Assembly (NCBI GenBank): GCA_965223265.1
Contig: OZ244999.1
Span: 2,496,001-2,560,000, forward strand
Length of the DNA stretch: 64,000 nucleotides
Direction of reading: 5' to 3'
DNA from: Planctomycetota bacterium
GTDB lineage: Bacteria; Planctomycetota; UBA8108; SXIK01
The notes under the pieces are model-generated. The model worked only from the letters and a program-made list of their open reading frames with translations. It made no database searches and was not told the DNA's origin. Of the stretch, positions 54,634 through 64,000 are shown piece by piece. The translations under genes were made by a program, and so were the position numbers. The stretch's first letter is position 1. Each line of letters begins with the position of its first letter.

Positions 54634-57627
54634 ATGATACGAGGTCTCTGGTTCGAACGATTGAAAGGACTGCCGTTTCAGCTTCGGTCGGCGTGCGTTC
54701 TCTTCGCCGTCGTGTTGGTCTTTCACGCGACGCGCACGGGCGCGGCCGCGTCTGACGGCCCCACCTCGTCTGGCGCAGCTGCTCTGCCGCCGGTGCCGGA
54801 TCAACGCGTCGAATTCGAGCGCGATATCCGACCTCTTCTGAAGAAGCGTTGCCTACGCTGCCACGGTCCGAAGCGTCGCCAGAGCGAGTATCGGCTGGAC
54901 AGAAGACATGACGCCCTTCGGGGTGGCCTGACCGGCGTCGCGATCATCCCCGGGGACAGCGCCCGCAGCCCTCTGATCCACTACGTCGCGGGACTTAACC
55001 CCGATCTTGTGATGCCTCCAAAGGGAAAGCCACTGAGCTCCAATCAGGTCGGTCTTCTACGCGCTTGGATCGACCAAGGTGCGGATTTCGGGAGTGCTCT
55101 CGAAGGCGAGGGGGCTGCAGCTGCTTCGCAGGAAAACGTTCATTGGGCATTTCGGCAGCTGTCGCGCCCTGCTGTTCCCGCACGCCTGGAGGGCAGCGAG
55201 CGTGCAGGAGAGACCCCCATCGATGCGTTCGTGCGTGCGCGGTTAGAGACGGCCGGGCTGAAGCCGTCGCCGACAGCCGATCGCGTCACGCTGATCCGTC
55301 GACTCGCGCTGAGTGTTTTGGGATTGCCCCCCTCACCCGAAGAAGTCGACGCGTTCGTGAACGATCCCGATGCAGGCGCATATGAAAAACTCGTCGATCG
55401 CTTCCTCGCCTCGCCGCGTTACGGAGAACGCTGGGCGCGTCACTGGCTCGACGTCGTCCGCTTCGCCGAGACGTTCGGCTTCGAGCCGAACAAGCCGCGT
55501 GAGACCGCCTGGCCCTATCGCGATTACGTGATCGATGTGTTCAACCGAGATAGGCCCTACGGGGAATTCTGTCGCGATCAGATTGCCGGCGACGCGTACG
55601 GCGAGCATCGCGGTACCGGCTTTCTTGTCGCTGGACCGCAGGACAAAGTCGAGAGCCCAAACCTCGAGTTGACTCTGAACAAGCGTGCCAATGAGCTTCA
55701 CGATATCGTCTCGACAACAGGTTCTGCTTTTTTGGGGCTCACGGTTGGTTGTGCACGTTGTCACAACCACAAGTTCGATCCGGTGTCGCAGCGCGATTAC
55801 TACGCCTTGACGGCGGTTTTTGCGGGGGTCCATCACGGCGAGCGTCATTGGCCGGCGTCGTCCTCGATGGAGGCGGGGCGCCAGCGCCAGCTACGAGACG
55901 CGGAGACTGAGCTGCTCAGCATTTTGGGCGAGCTAACAGCCGCCGCACCCATCGCCGGACAGTCGGCTGGCAGTGGCGGCGGGCGCAAGAGCGTTCGCCC
56001 ACCGCTTGACGCACGCTTCAATCTTGACCGATTTGTGCCGACGGTCGCGACGGCGCTCCGCTTCACGGTACTCGATTCTGGCCAGTCCGAGCCGGCGCTG
56101 GATGAGATCGAGGTGCTGTCGACCGAATCTCCACGTCGTAACGTCGCGGCAGCAGCTCACGGCGCGGTAGCACGGGTGTCGGGAACGCTCATCGGATTCA
56201 GTCGCCACAAGCTGCGCCACATCAACGACGGATGGTATGGCAATGGACGCAGCTGGGCCTCGGACGAGCTGCGGCGCGGCTGGGTGGAGATCCGGCTCGC
56301 CGCGGCGACTGAGATCGACTCGGTCGTCTGGGCGCGCAGTCGCCTGCGAGAGCGCACTGACCGCGTGCCGACCGCTTACCGCATCGAGGTGCAGGTCGAC
56401 TCAGGGGAGTGGGTCACGGTCGCTGACTCGACGGATCGGCAGCCGCAGCCGGAGAGAGACAACTCTCCTGCGCGTGCGAGCGCGAATTCACCCGAGTCCG
56501 CAGCGGCGGCGGTCAATGCGTCGTTAGACAGCGCAAGTGGTCTCGGAGAGCTCTACCGGCGTCGCGAGGAGCTGGAGACACAACTGAATGAGCTGCGCCG
56601 CGGTCGTGCAGCGTACTTCGGCCAGTTTTACCCGCCGCCGCCGACGCATCGTCTGCATCGCGGCGACCCACTGACGCCGCGAGAGGAGGTCTCGCCGGGG
56701 GCGATCGAGCGCGTCGGTCCGCGACTCGAGCTGGCAGCCGATGCCTCCGAGCAGGAGCGTCGAGTCGCCCTGGCGCGGTGGTTGAATCATCCCGAAAATC
56801 CATTGCCCGCTCGCGTCCTGGTCAACCGCCTCTGGCTGCATCACTTTGGCGCTGGCATCGTCAACACTCCCAGCGACTTTGGCGCTGGCGGTGATCGACC
56901 ATCGCATCCTGCCCTTCTCGATTGGCTTGCGAGCGAGCTCGTCGACAGCGGCGGCAGCATCAAGCATGTGCAGAGGCTGATTTTGCTTTCATACACTTAT
57001 CGCCAGGCGAGTCGGCCGAACGACCAGGCGCGTTCCATCGACGCGCAGAACCGTCTTCTCTGGCGTTTTCCGCCGCAGCGACTGGCCGCCGAACCCATTC
57101 GCGATTCGGTTCTTGCAGTGAGTGGTCGCCTACGGCTGACCATGGGCGGGGAGGGGTACCACGTCTTCGAGCCAAACCAGGACTACGTGCGTGTCTACAC
57201 GCCGAAGAAGGTCTACGGGCCAGCTGAATGGCGACGCATGGTCTATCAGTTCAAGCCGCGCATGGAACAGGATGCCGTGTTCGGCATCTTCGATTGTCCT
57301 GACGCCGCCCAGGTGGCGCCGAAACGAACTCGATCGACAACCCCCCTGCAAGCGTTCAATCTGTTCAACAGCGGGTTCATGCTGCAGCAAGCCGAGGCTT
57401 TTGCCGCTCGCGTGGAGGACGGTGCTCGCCGCGAGGGCCATGGTGACGCTGAATCGAGGGACGGCGAGGTGGTCGCCCGCGCGATTCGGCGCGCGTTTCG
57501 TTTGGCGCTCTGTCGCACGCCCGATGCTGTTGAGCTGCGCGCTGCAGTCAATCTGGCGACGCAGCACGGTTTGGTTGCGGTCTGTCGTGCTCTCTTCAAC
57601 TCGAACGAATTCCTTCATGTGTACTGA
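54634..57627 (+). CDS. Planctomycete cytochrome c + DUF1549 + discoidin-like insert + DUF1553 protein
   Basis: FERDIRP...[45 protein letters not shown] insert, [14 protein letters not shown]. Start is uncertain (54613 or 54634). Confidence 0.88.
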   Translation: MIRGLWFERLKGLPFQLRSACVLFAVVLVFHATRTGAAASDGPTSSGAAALPPVPDQRVEFERDIRPLLKKRCLRCHGPKRRQSEYRLDRRHDALRGGLTGVAIIPGDSARSPLIHYVAGLNPDLVMPPKGKPLSSNQVGLLRAWIDQGADFGSALEGEGAAAASQENVHWAFRQLSRPAVPARLEGSERAGETPIDAFVRARLETAGLKPSPTADRVTLIRRLALSVLGLPPSPEEVDAFVNDPDAGAYEKLVDRFLASPRYGERWARHWLDVVRFAETFGFEPNKPRETAWPYRDYVIDVFNRDRPYGEFCRDQIAGDAYGEHRGTGFLVAGPQDKVESPNLELTLNKRANELHDIVSTTGSAFLGLTVGCARCHNHKFDPVSQRDYYALTAVFAGVHHGERHWPASSSMEAGRQRQLRDAETELLSILGELTAAAPIAGQSAGSGGGRKSVRPPLDARFNLDRFVPTVATALRFTVLDSGQSEPALDEIEVLSTESPRRNVAAAAHGAVARVSGTLIGFSRHKLRHINDGWYGNGRSWASDELRRGWVEIRLAAATEIDSVVWARSRLRERTDRVPTAYRIEVQVDSGEWVTVADSTDRQPQPERDNSPARASANSPESAAAAVNASLDSASGLGELYRRREELETQLNELRRGRAAYFGQFYPPPPTHRLHRGDPLTPREEVSPGAIERVGPRLELAADASEQERRVALARWLNHPENPLPARVLVNRLWLHHFGAGIVNTPSDFGAGGDRPSHPALLDWLASELVDSGGSIKHVQRLILLSYTYRQASRPNDQARSIDAQNRLLWRFPPQRLAAEPIRDSVLAVSGRLRLTMGGEGYHVFEPNQDYVRVYTPKKVYGPAEWRRMVYQFKPRMEQDAVFGIFDCPDAAQVAPKRTRSTTPLQAFNLFNSGFMLQQAEAFAARVEDGARREGHGDAESRDGEVVARAIRRAFRLALCRTPDAVELRAAVNLATQHGLVAVCRALFNSNEFLHVY

Positions 57628-59138
57628 TGGACGAACCTAGCCCTTCACCAACCGGACTTCGGCTCCTGGATCGTCGTCGTTTCTTGCAGGCCTCCGGTCT
57701 TGGGCTGGGTTCCATGGCCCTCGTCGAGTTGCTGGGGCGCGACCGACGGCTACGTGCGGCGGATGAGTCGAGCGGGAGTGAGCCTCCCGACGCACCGTGG
57801 CGTCCGGACGTCGACCCGGCGCGTCCCTATGCGCCGCGCGCTGGACATTTTCCGCCACGCGCACAGCGAGTGCTCGTCATCTTTTGCTCTGGCGCTTGCA
57901 GCCAGCTCGACACCTTCGACTACAAGCCCGAACTCTTTCGCCTGCACGGCAGGCCGCTTCCCGGATCTGATCAGATCATCACGTTTCAGGGGAGACAGGG
58001 GCGCCTGACCAGGAGCCCTTATTCATTCGCACCGCGGGGCCAGTGCGGCAAATACACATCGGATTTGCTGCCGCACCTCTCTGAGCTCGTCGATGAGATG
58101 TGTTTCATCCATTCGATGACCGCGAAGACGAACACGCATGGACCTGCCGAAAACCAGATGAGCACGGGATACGTTGCTGAGGGGTTTCCGAGCATGGGGT
58201 CTTGGGTTTCGTACGCTCTGGGCACCGATGCCGACGACCTCCCCGCATTCGTCGCCATCCCGGATCCGCGCGGGGTGCCGCAGTCCGGTCCGAATAACTG
58301 GGCGTCCGGATTCCTGCCCGCGCTCTTCCAAGGTACGCCGTTTGGTGCCGATCGCCCGATCCCTCATATCGATCGGCCGGCTTCGGTCTCTCGTGTCACA
58401 GATGTCGCCACGCGCGACTTTCTTCGACTGCTCAACGATCGCCACCTGGAGAAGTTTCCCGGTGACAGTCAACTCAGCGCTCGCATCGCCAGTTATGAGC
58501 TCGCCGCGAAGATGCAGCTGCGCGCCGCTGCGGTCGGCGACTTGTCGACGGAAAGCCCGTCGACGCTCAAGAGCTATGGCGCCGACGACACGCAGAACAA
58601 ACTCAAAGCGCGGTTTGCGCAGAACTGTATTTTGGCGCGTCGCCTGCTCGAGAGAGGAGTGCGCTTCGTGCAGCTCTTCAACGGTGCGTATGCGATGGGC
58701 GAAGGGGTGGGCAATTGGGACGGTCACAAGGAGCTAAAAAAGCAGTACGACGTTCATGGGCCGATCTTGGACCAACCGGCGGCTGCCCTGCTACGTGACC
58801 TCAAGGAGCGCGGTCTACTCGACGACACGCTCGTCGTATGGACGACGGAGTTCGGGCGCATGCCCACCTTTCAGTTCGGGGCGCAAGGCCGGGATCATAA
58901 CCCGAAAGGGTTTACGGTTTGGCTCGCCGGCGCCGGCGTCAAGCGTGGTCACTCCTACGGCGCCACCGACGAGTTCGGCTACCGCGCTGTCAAAGATGTC
59001 ACAACAGTCTACGACCTTCATGCCACGATCCTGCATCTGTTGGGCATGGATCATGAACGCCTCACCTTTTACCACAATGGGCTTGAGAGACGACTCACCG
59101 ACGTCCATGGCCATGTGGTGGAAGACGTTCTCGCTTGA
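57627..59138 (+). CDS. DUF1501 domain protein (Tat)
   Basis: [51 protein letters not shown]. Confidence 0.92.
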   Translation: MDEPSPSPTGLRLLDRRRFLQASGLGLGSMALVELLGRDRRLRAADESSGSEPPDAPWRPDVDPARPYAPRAGHFPPRAQRVLVIFCSGACSQLDTFDYKPELFRLHGRPLPGSDQIITFQGRQGRLTRSPYSFAPRGQCGKYTSDLLPHLSELVDEMCFIHSMTAKTNTHGPAENQMSTGYVAEGFPSMGSWVSYALGTDADDLPAFVAIPDPRGVPQSGPNNWASGFLPALFQGTPFGADRPIPHIDRPASVSRVTDVATRDFLRLLNDRHLEKFPGDSQLSARIASYELAAKMQLRAAAVGDLSTESPSTLKSYGADDTQNKLKARFAQNCILARRLLERGVRFVQLFNGAYAMGEGVGNWDGHKELKKQYDVHGPILDQPAAALLRDLKERGLLDDTLVVWTTEFGRMPTFQFGAQGRDHNPKGFTVWLAGAGVKRGHSYGATDEFGYRAVKDVTTVYDLHATILHLLGMDHERLTFYHNGLERRLTDVHGHVVEDVLA

Positions 59139-59378
59139 CGCGCGTTGCAGGCCGGAGATCTGCCGCTCCACGGATTCAGCAACTGCTGAATGGCTATCCG
59201 CACAGCGCGACTTTTGAGTCGCGTTAGGTCGATCGTCGTCCTGCGACACTTGGACTGGCGACAAGCCCGTTAGCTGCGCATTGGGAATGCGGTTATCTGT
59301 TTGAGGCAGCGCGACGCCGTGCTTGGTGTGGGCGCCGTGGGTTACTCCTCTCCGCGTCGACGACAGACGAAAGTTGAC

Positions 59379-59876
59379 ATGAATTCGCTACCGCATCGCA
59401 GCTGGCATCGCTCCACGTTCATCTGCGCGGGTCTCTACAACCTCGCTTGGGGAGCCTACTCTCTACTCGATCCGCAGTGGTTCTTTCGCTTCGCGGGTTT
59501 GCCGCTGTCGAATCATCCGGAGATCTTCGCCTGCCTGGGAATGGTCATCGGACTCTACGGAGCCCTCTACCTGCGAGTCGCCTACGCTCCCGAGAGTGGC
59601 GGCTGTATCGCTTTGATCGGACTCGTCGGCAAGGTGCTCGGTCCGATCGGCGCCGTCGCTCTCATCTGCCGCGGCGATTGGCCAGTCAAGGCGATCGCGC
59701 TCTGCGTCGCGAACGACTTCGTCTGGTGGTTTCCGTTCGCGCTTTATCTGCGAGACTACCGGATCGTTCTCTTCAGACTGACCGCAGATCCGCGTTTGGC
59801 GTCAGAATCGGAGGACGGGCGTGGACAGTGCGCCAACGCCGAGACGGGTCCGAAAACGTTGGATCTTGGCATCTGA
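59379..59876 (+). CDS. Small conserved membrane protein (4 TM)
   Basis: AGLYNLAWG, GMVIGLYG, GLVGKVLGPIG, NDFVWW.PF. Confidence 0.7.
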   Translation: MNSLPHRSWHRSTFICAGLYNLAWGAYSLLDPQWFFRFAGLPLSNHPEIFACLGMVIGLYGALYLRVAYAPESGGCIALIGLVGKVLGPIGAVALICRGDWPVKAIALCVANDFVWWFPFALYLRDYRIVLFRLTADPRLASESEDGRGQCANAETGPKTLDLGI

Positions 59877-59970
59877 TACCTCGTTCGGGTGACGTGTCGT
59901 AATCTTGAGCAAGGCTTTTTCACGAGCGGGAATCACCCGTGCTAGTCCGGTCCAACCAGCACTCGAACCG

Positions 59971-60426
59971 ATGTTCAAACCCCGAATCGTTCACCGGCGC
60001 TCGTTCGGCTTCACGCTGATCGAGCTGATGATCGTGGTCGCGATCATCGCTATTGTCCTTGCCATGGCAATCCCGAGCATTCGTAACGCGCGTTTGGCGG
60101 CGAACGAGAGCTCGGCTGTGTCGTCGCTTCGCTCGCTTTATACCGCTGAACAAATGCATCGCACGCGCTTCGGAAATTTCACGAACGTTGCCGATCTCAA
60201 GACACTTGGATTCGCCGAGGCGTTCGACTTCTACCAGAGTGTCAATCTGAGCAAGGCTGGTTATGGATTCTTCTTTCATACCCTCTCCGCGGGGCGCTGG
60301 CGCATCCGAGCCAATCCTCTGCGGGCAGGATCGACTGGAACTCGGTGGTTCGTGATCTACGACGACGGGGTGATTCGCTACTCAACAACGCGCGCCGCGG
60401 GCATCAGCGACCCGCCGATTGACTGA
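59971..60426 (+). CDS. Type IV pilin-like prepilin
   Basis: G|FTLIELMIVVAIIAI N-methylation motif, followed by ANESSAVSSLR. Confidence 0.9.
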   Translation: MFKPRIVHRRSFGFTLIELMIVVAIIAIVLAMAIPSIRNARLAANESSAVSSLRSLYTAEQMHRTRFGNFTNVADLKTLGFAEAFDFYQSVNLSKAGYGFFFHTLSAGRWRIRANPLRAGSTGTRWFVIYDDGVIRYSTTRAAGISDPPID

Positions 60427-60454
60427 CGGTCAGCTGCGCGCAAGATTTCCCTCC

Positions 60455-61126
60455 TCACCGTGCGCGGCGCGATCGTTTCGCCTTCACGCGCGCGATGCGG
60501 TAAGCGCAGCGGCGATGCCCGGAGAGCAGGTGTTCCGTCCGTTCAACGACGACCTGCGGACCGAGCAAGCGCTGAAACACTTCGAGCTCAGAGCGGCACA
60601 GTCCGGTACAGCTTTCGGCTGCCTCGCACACTGGACAGTGATTTTCGACCAACAGATAAGTCCCCGCGCGTTCCCGCTCGACCTCAGCCATGTAGCCTTC
60701 GCGAGTGCGCAGGGCGGCTAGTGCTTCGACACGAGATTTGAGCGACGACTTAGCCCCCGGCATCCGGGATCGATAGCGCCGTAGCTGTTCGCTCGCGCGT
60801 GTGTCGATCACGCGATCCAGGCCCTTGTCGCCAAGCGTTTTGCGCACGGCATCGATCAATTCCACGGTCAGGGCGCCATGATGATCGGGGAACAGCTGCG
60901 CTGCCGCATCGGTCAACGACCACAAAAGCGCCGGGCGGCCGCGACCGACGGCGTCGCTGCGTCGCTGGACGACAAGTCCTGAACTTTCCAGAGAGGCGAG
61001 GTGTTGCCGCGCGGCGACGTTCGTGATCTCGAGTGCTGAGGCCAACTGCGAAGCAGTCGAGGGGCCGTGAGTCTTCAAGAACTCGACCAATCGTCGTTTG
61101 GCGCCCTGCACGGCTTTCGTTTCCAT
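60455..61126 (-). CDS. SufR-like HTH metalloregulator
   Basis: N-terminal wHTH (ASQLASALEIT..AARQHL..L...GLV, GRGRP), LFPDHH, ENHCPVC...C...LCRSEL...RRCAY. Confidence 0.85.
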   Translation of the reverse strand: METKAVQGAKRRLVEFLKTHGPSTASQLASALEITNVAARQHLASLESSGLVVQRRSDAVGRGRPALLWSLTDAAAQLFPDHHGALTVELIDAVRKTLGDKGLDRVIDTRASEQLRRYRSRMPGAKSSLKSRVEALAALRTREGYMAEVERERAGTYLLVENHCPVCEAAESCTGLCRSELEVFQRLLGPQVVVERTEHLLSGHRRCAYRIARVKAKRSRRAR

Positions 61127-61166
61127 ACCTCAACAATACCGCAAGAGTGCCGTGCGCCACCACGAT

Positions 61167-61229
61167 TTTAGAAAGATAATGCTTGTTAAATTGGGCTCCG
61201 GATATATAAGAAAGTGTAGACTTTCTAAA
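61167..61229. promoter_or_regulatory. Two palindromic operator-like sites, consensus TTTAGAAAG-N6-CTTTCTAAA
   Basis: TTTAGAAAG-ataatg-CTTGTTAAA (61167-61190) and ATAAGAAAG-tgtaga-CTTTCTAAA (61206-61229) in an AT-rich divergent intergenic region. Confidence 0.7.
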
Positions 61230-61250
61230 TTCACTCCAAAAGGAGGACGC

Positions 61251-61622
61251 ATGTTTATCGAGCATGTCAATCTGACGGTGTCTGATCTCGAACGCTCGAT
61301 CGACTTTTACTCCGAGTTGTTCGACTTCCGCCTGCGCTGGCGAAATCGTCGCGACACTGGCGAGCAGCCAGCGGCTCACGTCGGCGACGATCGCTCTTAC
61401 CTGGCGTTCTTCGAAGCGCCGAAGCCAGGGCAGGTCGATGTCGACTATGACAAGGTCGGACTCAATCACTTCGGTCTTGTCGTCCCCGACCTCGCGCCGT
61501 ATCGATCCCGACTCCACACCCTTGGCGTCGAACCTCACCTAGAAAGGACGTACGACCCCGGAGAGCGCCTCTACTTTTTCGATCCCGACGGTATCGAAGT
61601 CGAACTGGTTGCGTACTCCTGA
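61251..61622 (+). CDS. VOC/glyoxalase family protein
   Basis: AGGAGG RBS; IEHVNLTVSDLERSIDFY, LNHFGL, YFFDPDGIEVE. Confidence 0.92.
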   Translation: MFIEHVNLTVSDLERSIDFYSELFDFRLRWRNRRDTGEQPAAHVGDDRSYLAFFEAPKPGQVDVDYDKVGLNHFGLVVPDLAPYRSRLHTLGVEPHLERTYDPGERLYFFDPDGIEVELVAYS

Positions 61623-61800
61623 AGGTGGTCGTGGTCGCTAGCGATCGTAGAGCCGGAAGTATTTCTGTCTCGTCTCAGCTTCGTCTCAGCTTCGTCTCGG
61701 CGAATGAGAACTCGAGTCGAGTGCAGCTGCGTCGGCGGCGCGTGTTTGTCGCGAGCTCCCCGAGTTGCGAGCCCAGTGGTTTCGCGATAGAATCCCCGAC

Positions 61801-62196
61801 ATGCGAAACGTCGCTGCTGCTCTAAGCTCTCTTTGGCTGTTCTTTGCGCCCACACTCTGCGGTTCGGGCCTGTTGACGCACACATGCGACTGCGCACGAG
61901 AGGCAGAGAGCGTAGCGTGCTGCGCAAACAACGAACGTGCCGAGGCAGGCGGCGCCGTCGAGGCGGGATGCCAGCATGGTAACTGCGCGAATGACCCTTG
62001 CCGCACAATGGTCGCGGTCAAGCGGCTCTGCGAGACCACAGTTGTTCCACCGGCGGATGATGCGTTCTCGGCTTTCGTTACGTATCCGCCGCTGGACCAG
62101 CTGCGGCCCTGCGGCGCGCTGGTCGGCCGGGCGAATCCACCGCTGGACCGGCGCCGCCTTCCGTGTCACGCCGCGGATATTCCGCTGCGCCTCTGA
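61801..62196 (+). CDS. Small Cys/His-rich exported protein upstream of heavy-metal efflux genes
   Basis: Signal-like N-terminus; HTCDC, ACC, GCQHGNCANDPC; Pro-rich tail. Confidence 0.55.
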   Translation: MRNVAAALSSLWLFFAPTLCGSGLLTHTCDCAREAESVACCANNERAEAGGAVEAGCQHGNCANDPCRTMVAVKRLCETTVVPPADDAFSAFVTYPPLDQLRPCGALVGRANPPLDRRRLPCHAADIPLRL

Positions 62197-62293
62197 TCCA
62201 GACCCTGTCATTGACACTCCAGAGCGTTCGCGGTGCAGGCAGACTCAGCCTGAACTGCATCGCGATCTGTGTTTCGCAGGGATCAGAGGTCTC

Positions 62294-63715
62294 ATGACAA
62301 GGTTAGATTTTGCGTCTCACCAGGGGATTGCCGCGAGCTGCTGGAAGTCCCTTGTCGTCGTCTTGAGTTGTGTTGCCGGGTGCTCGCAGTCACCGACCAG
62401 CCGCGCGGAAGTTGTCGCCTTACCCCTTGGCCGTGAGTTCGCGACTTTCGCCGCGCCGGCACATGCGCCGGCGTCCCCACCGTCGCCCGGGCTGCAGCCG
62501 CACACGGACGCTCCAGTGGAAGGAGTCCTGGCTCTGCGAGACGTTCTCGCACGGGCGCTGCTCGGCAATCCGGAACTGGCGACTTTTTCCTGGGCGCTCC
62601 GAGCCAGTGAGGCGCGTACGCTGCAGGCGAGGTTGCTGCCGAACCCCGAGTTTGAGGCAGAGGTCGAAGACTTTGGCGGCAGCGGAGAGTTCAGCGACTT
62701 CGACGCGGCCGAGTCGACTCTTGCGATCAGCCAACTAGTGGAGCTTGGCGGCAAACGAGCCAAGCGCGTCCGATTGGCCGAGCTCGGACGCACCCTGGCT
62801 GCGTGGGACTACGAGGCCGCCCGCCTGGATGTCCTCACCGCGACGGCGGAAGCGTTCGTCGACGTTCTCGCGGGTCAGCAGCGAGCAGAGCTTCGCGCTG
62901 GCAGTCTCGCGCTGGCGCGGACGGCACTGCGAACCGTTTCCGAACGAGTTGAAGCTGGTAAGAGCTCACCTCTCGAGCAGACGCGCGCGGAACTCATCGC
63001 TTCGCAGGCTGAGATTTCACTCGAGCGCGCGCTGCGCACGCTGACCGCGGCGCGGACGCGACTTGCCGCTATGTGGGGGCAGCGACAACCAACTTTCGAG
63101 TCCGTCTCCGGCGCATTCGACGAGACCCCTGAGCCGCCGAACGTTGTGACGCTTGAGGCTTGGGTGAACGAGACGCCTGACATCGCGCGCTGGGCCGTCG
63201 AAGTCGCGGAGCGGAAAGGGCGCGTCAAGTTGGCTAGCGCGAACGGCGTCACGGACGTCACCGTCAGGGCTGGCGCTCGATTGCTCGAAGGATCCGACGA
63301 AACAGCGTTCGTGATCGGTCTATCGGTTCCGCTGCCACTTTTCGACAGAAACCAGGGCGAGAGGCGGGAAGCGGAATTCAGCTTGGCTAAGGCGAGGGAG
63401 GAAAGCAGAGCAGCCGAGGTGCGCGTTCGCACGGCATTGAGCGAAGCGTATCAGTCGCTCCTCTCGACATTTCGCGAAGTCGCGACGCTCCGTGACGTGG
63501 TGGTCCCCGCTGCTCGGTCGTCGTTAGAGGGTATCAGCGAGTCCTACCGTCAAGGAAAGTTGACCCAACTGGACGTTTTGGACGCCCAACGCACCCTTTT
63601 CGCCGTGCGTGAGCAGTACACCGAAGCGCTGTCTTCGTTTCACCACGCTCGAGTCCGCGTCGAGGGACTCGTAGGACGACCGATCATTCAACCGGACGGG
63701 GAAGAGAAGCCATGA
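62294..63715 (+). CDS. czcC: CzcC/TolC-family outer-membrane efflux lipoprotein
   Basis: Lipobox VAGC, LPNPEF, QLVELGGKR.KR, VPLPLFDRNQG, YRQGK...LDVLDAQR. Confidence 0.85.
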   Translation: MTRLDFASHQGIAASCWKSLVVVLSCVAGCSQSPTSRAEVVALPLGREFATFAAPAHAPASPPSPGLQPHTDAPVEGVLALRDVLARALLGNPELATFSWALRASEARTLQARLLPNPEFEAEVEDFGGSGEFSDFDAAESTLAISQLVELGGKRAKRVRLAELGRTLAAWDYEAARLDVLTATAEAFVDVLAGQQRAELRAGSLALARTALRTVSERVEAGKSSPLEQTRAELIASQAEISLERALRTLTAARTRLAAMWGQRQPTFESVSGAFDETPEPPNVVTLEAWVNETPDIARWAVEVAERKGRVKLASANGVTDVTVRAGARLLEGSDETAFVIGLSVPLPLFDRNQGERREAEFSLAKAREESRAAEVRVRTALSEAYQSLLSTFREVATLRDVVVPAARSSLEGISESYRQGKLTQLDVLDAQRTLFAVREQYTEALSSFHHARVRVEGLVGRPIIQPDGEEKP

Positions 63716-64000
63716 ATGCCATGTCGAAGTTGACGATCCTGGCGTCTGTCGTAGCGTCTGCGTTCGGCTGTACGCCTGATCACCCTGTCGACACTCATGA
63801 GCAAGATCACGACCACGAAGAACTTGTCCTTTTGAGTGACGAACAACTTGAAGAGTTCGGCATCGTGGTCGACGTCGCGGGCCCTGCCACTCTCGAGCTC
63901 GAAGTGAAGCTCGCTGGAGAGATCGTCGCCAATGCCGATCAGGTCGCACACATCGTTCCGCGTGTCCCGGGTGTGGTGCGTGAGGTGAAGAAACGGATCG
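63712..64000 (+). CDS. czcB: CzcB-like RND periplasmic adaptor, runs off the window
   Basis: Not in the ORF track. ATG overlaps the czcC stop and translates MNAMSKLTILASVVASAFGC, His-rich HEQDHDHEE, then GEIVANADQVAHIVPRVPGVV. Confidence 0.8.
   Translation, partial: MNAMSKLTILASVVASAFGCTPDHPVDTHEQDHDHEELVLLSDEQLEEFGIVVDVAGPATLELEVKLAGEIVANADQVAHIVPRVPGVVREVKKRI

Noticed and set aside
59971-60426. Pilus/T2SS operon
   Set aside because: Only a lone prepilin is present; orphan prepilin-motif genes are common in this phylum.
61671-61701. CGTCTCAGCTT x ~2.8 tandem repeat
   Set aside because: Short, intergenic and with no matching copies elsewhere in the window; likely local slippage.
1-64000. 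rRNA, tRNA, integrase/prophage or known anti-phage defence operons
   Set aside because: None recognised by eye. The lone NYN protein is a common LabA/DUF88 type without defence-like neighbours. Covariance-model searches were not possible.

Overview
GC-rich bacterial DNA, most likely Planctomycetota. The basis is two DUF1501 + DUF1549/DUF1553 modules, a planctomycete cytochrome-c domain, a planctomycete-type dockerin-like tail, and several BNR/sialidase-fold and Tat-exported Gfo/Idh/MocA proteins. All product calls come from motif recognition by eye; no database searches were run. 1-18128 is a surface-polysaccharide locus in two convergent halves: sulfotransferase-wzx-wzy-asnB on +, and PglF/PglE-like-heparinase-GT4-PglC-like-acyltransferase on -. 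Between the halves sits a mobile cluster: a HUH/Y1 (RAYT-like) nuclease gene, a ~1.1-kb array of ~24 hairpin repeats joined by a small reused set of linkers, and an intact IS66-family element (7599-10343, 22-bp TIRs, 8-bp TSD). 18.8-37.5 kb holds secreted/periplasmic proteins, an ECF sigma with an LRR anti-sigma, and a DUF1549/DUF1501/PPC cluster. 37.7-42.9 kb is a stress island (hsp20 with a sigma54-like promoter, Na/Ca antiporter, truncated P-type ATPase, ppsA). 43080-48467 encodes a ~1795-aa secreted protein with 14 FG-GAP repeats, a phosphohistidine-then-ATP-grasp dikinase core in glucan-water-dikinase order, and a dockerin-like tail. The rest is sialidase-fold genes, fetAB-like ABC genes, a second DUF1549/DUF1501 pair, a lone pilin, a SufR-like regulator/VOC pair with two visible operators, and the start of a czcCB-type efflux operon. 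The two best novelty candidates are the secreted GWD-like dikinase and the HUH nuclease with its modular repeat array.
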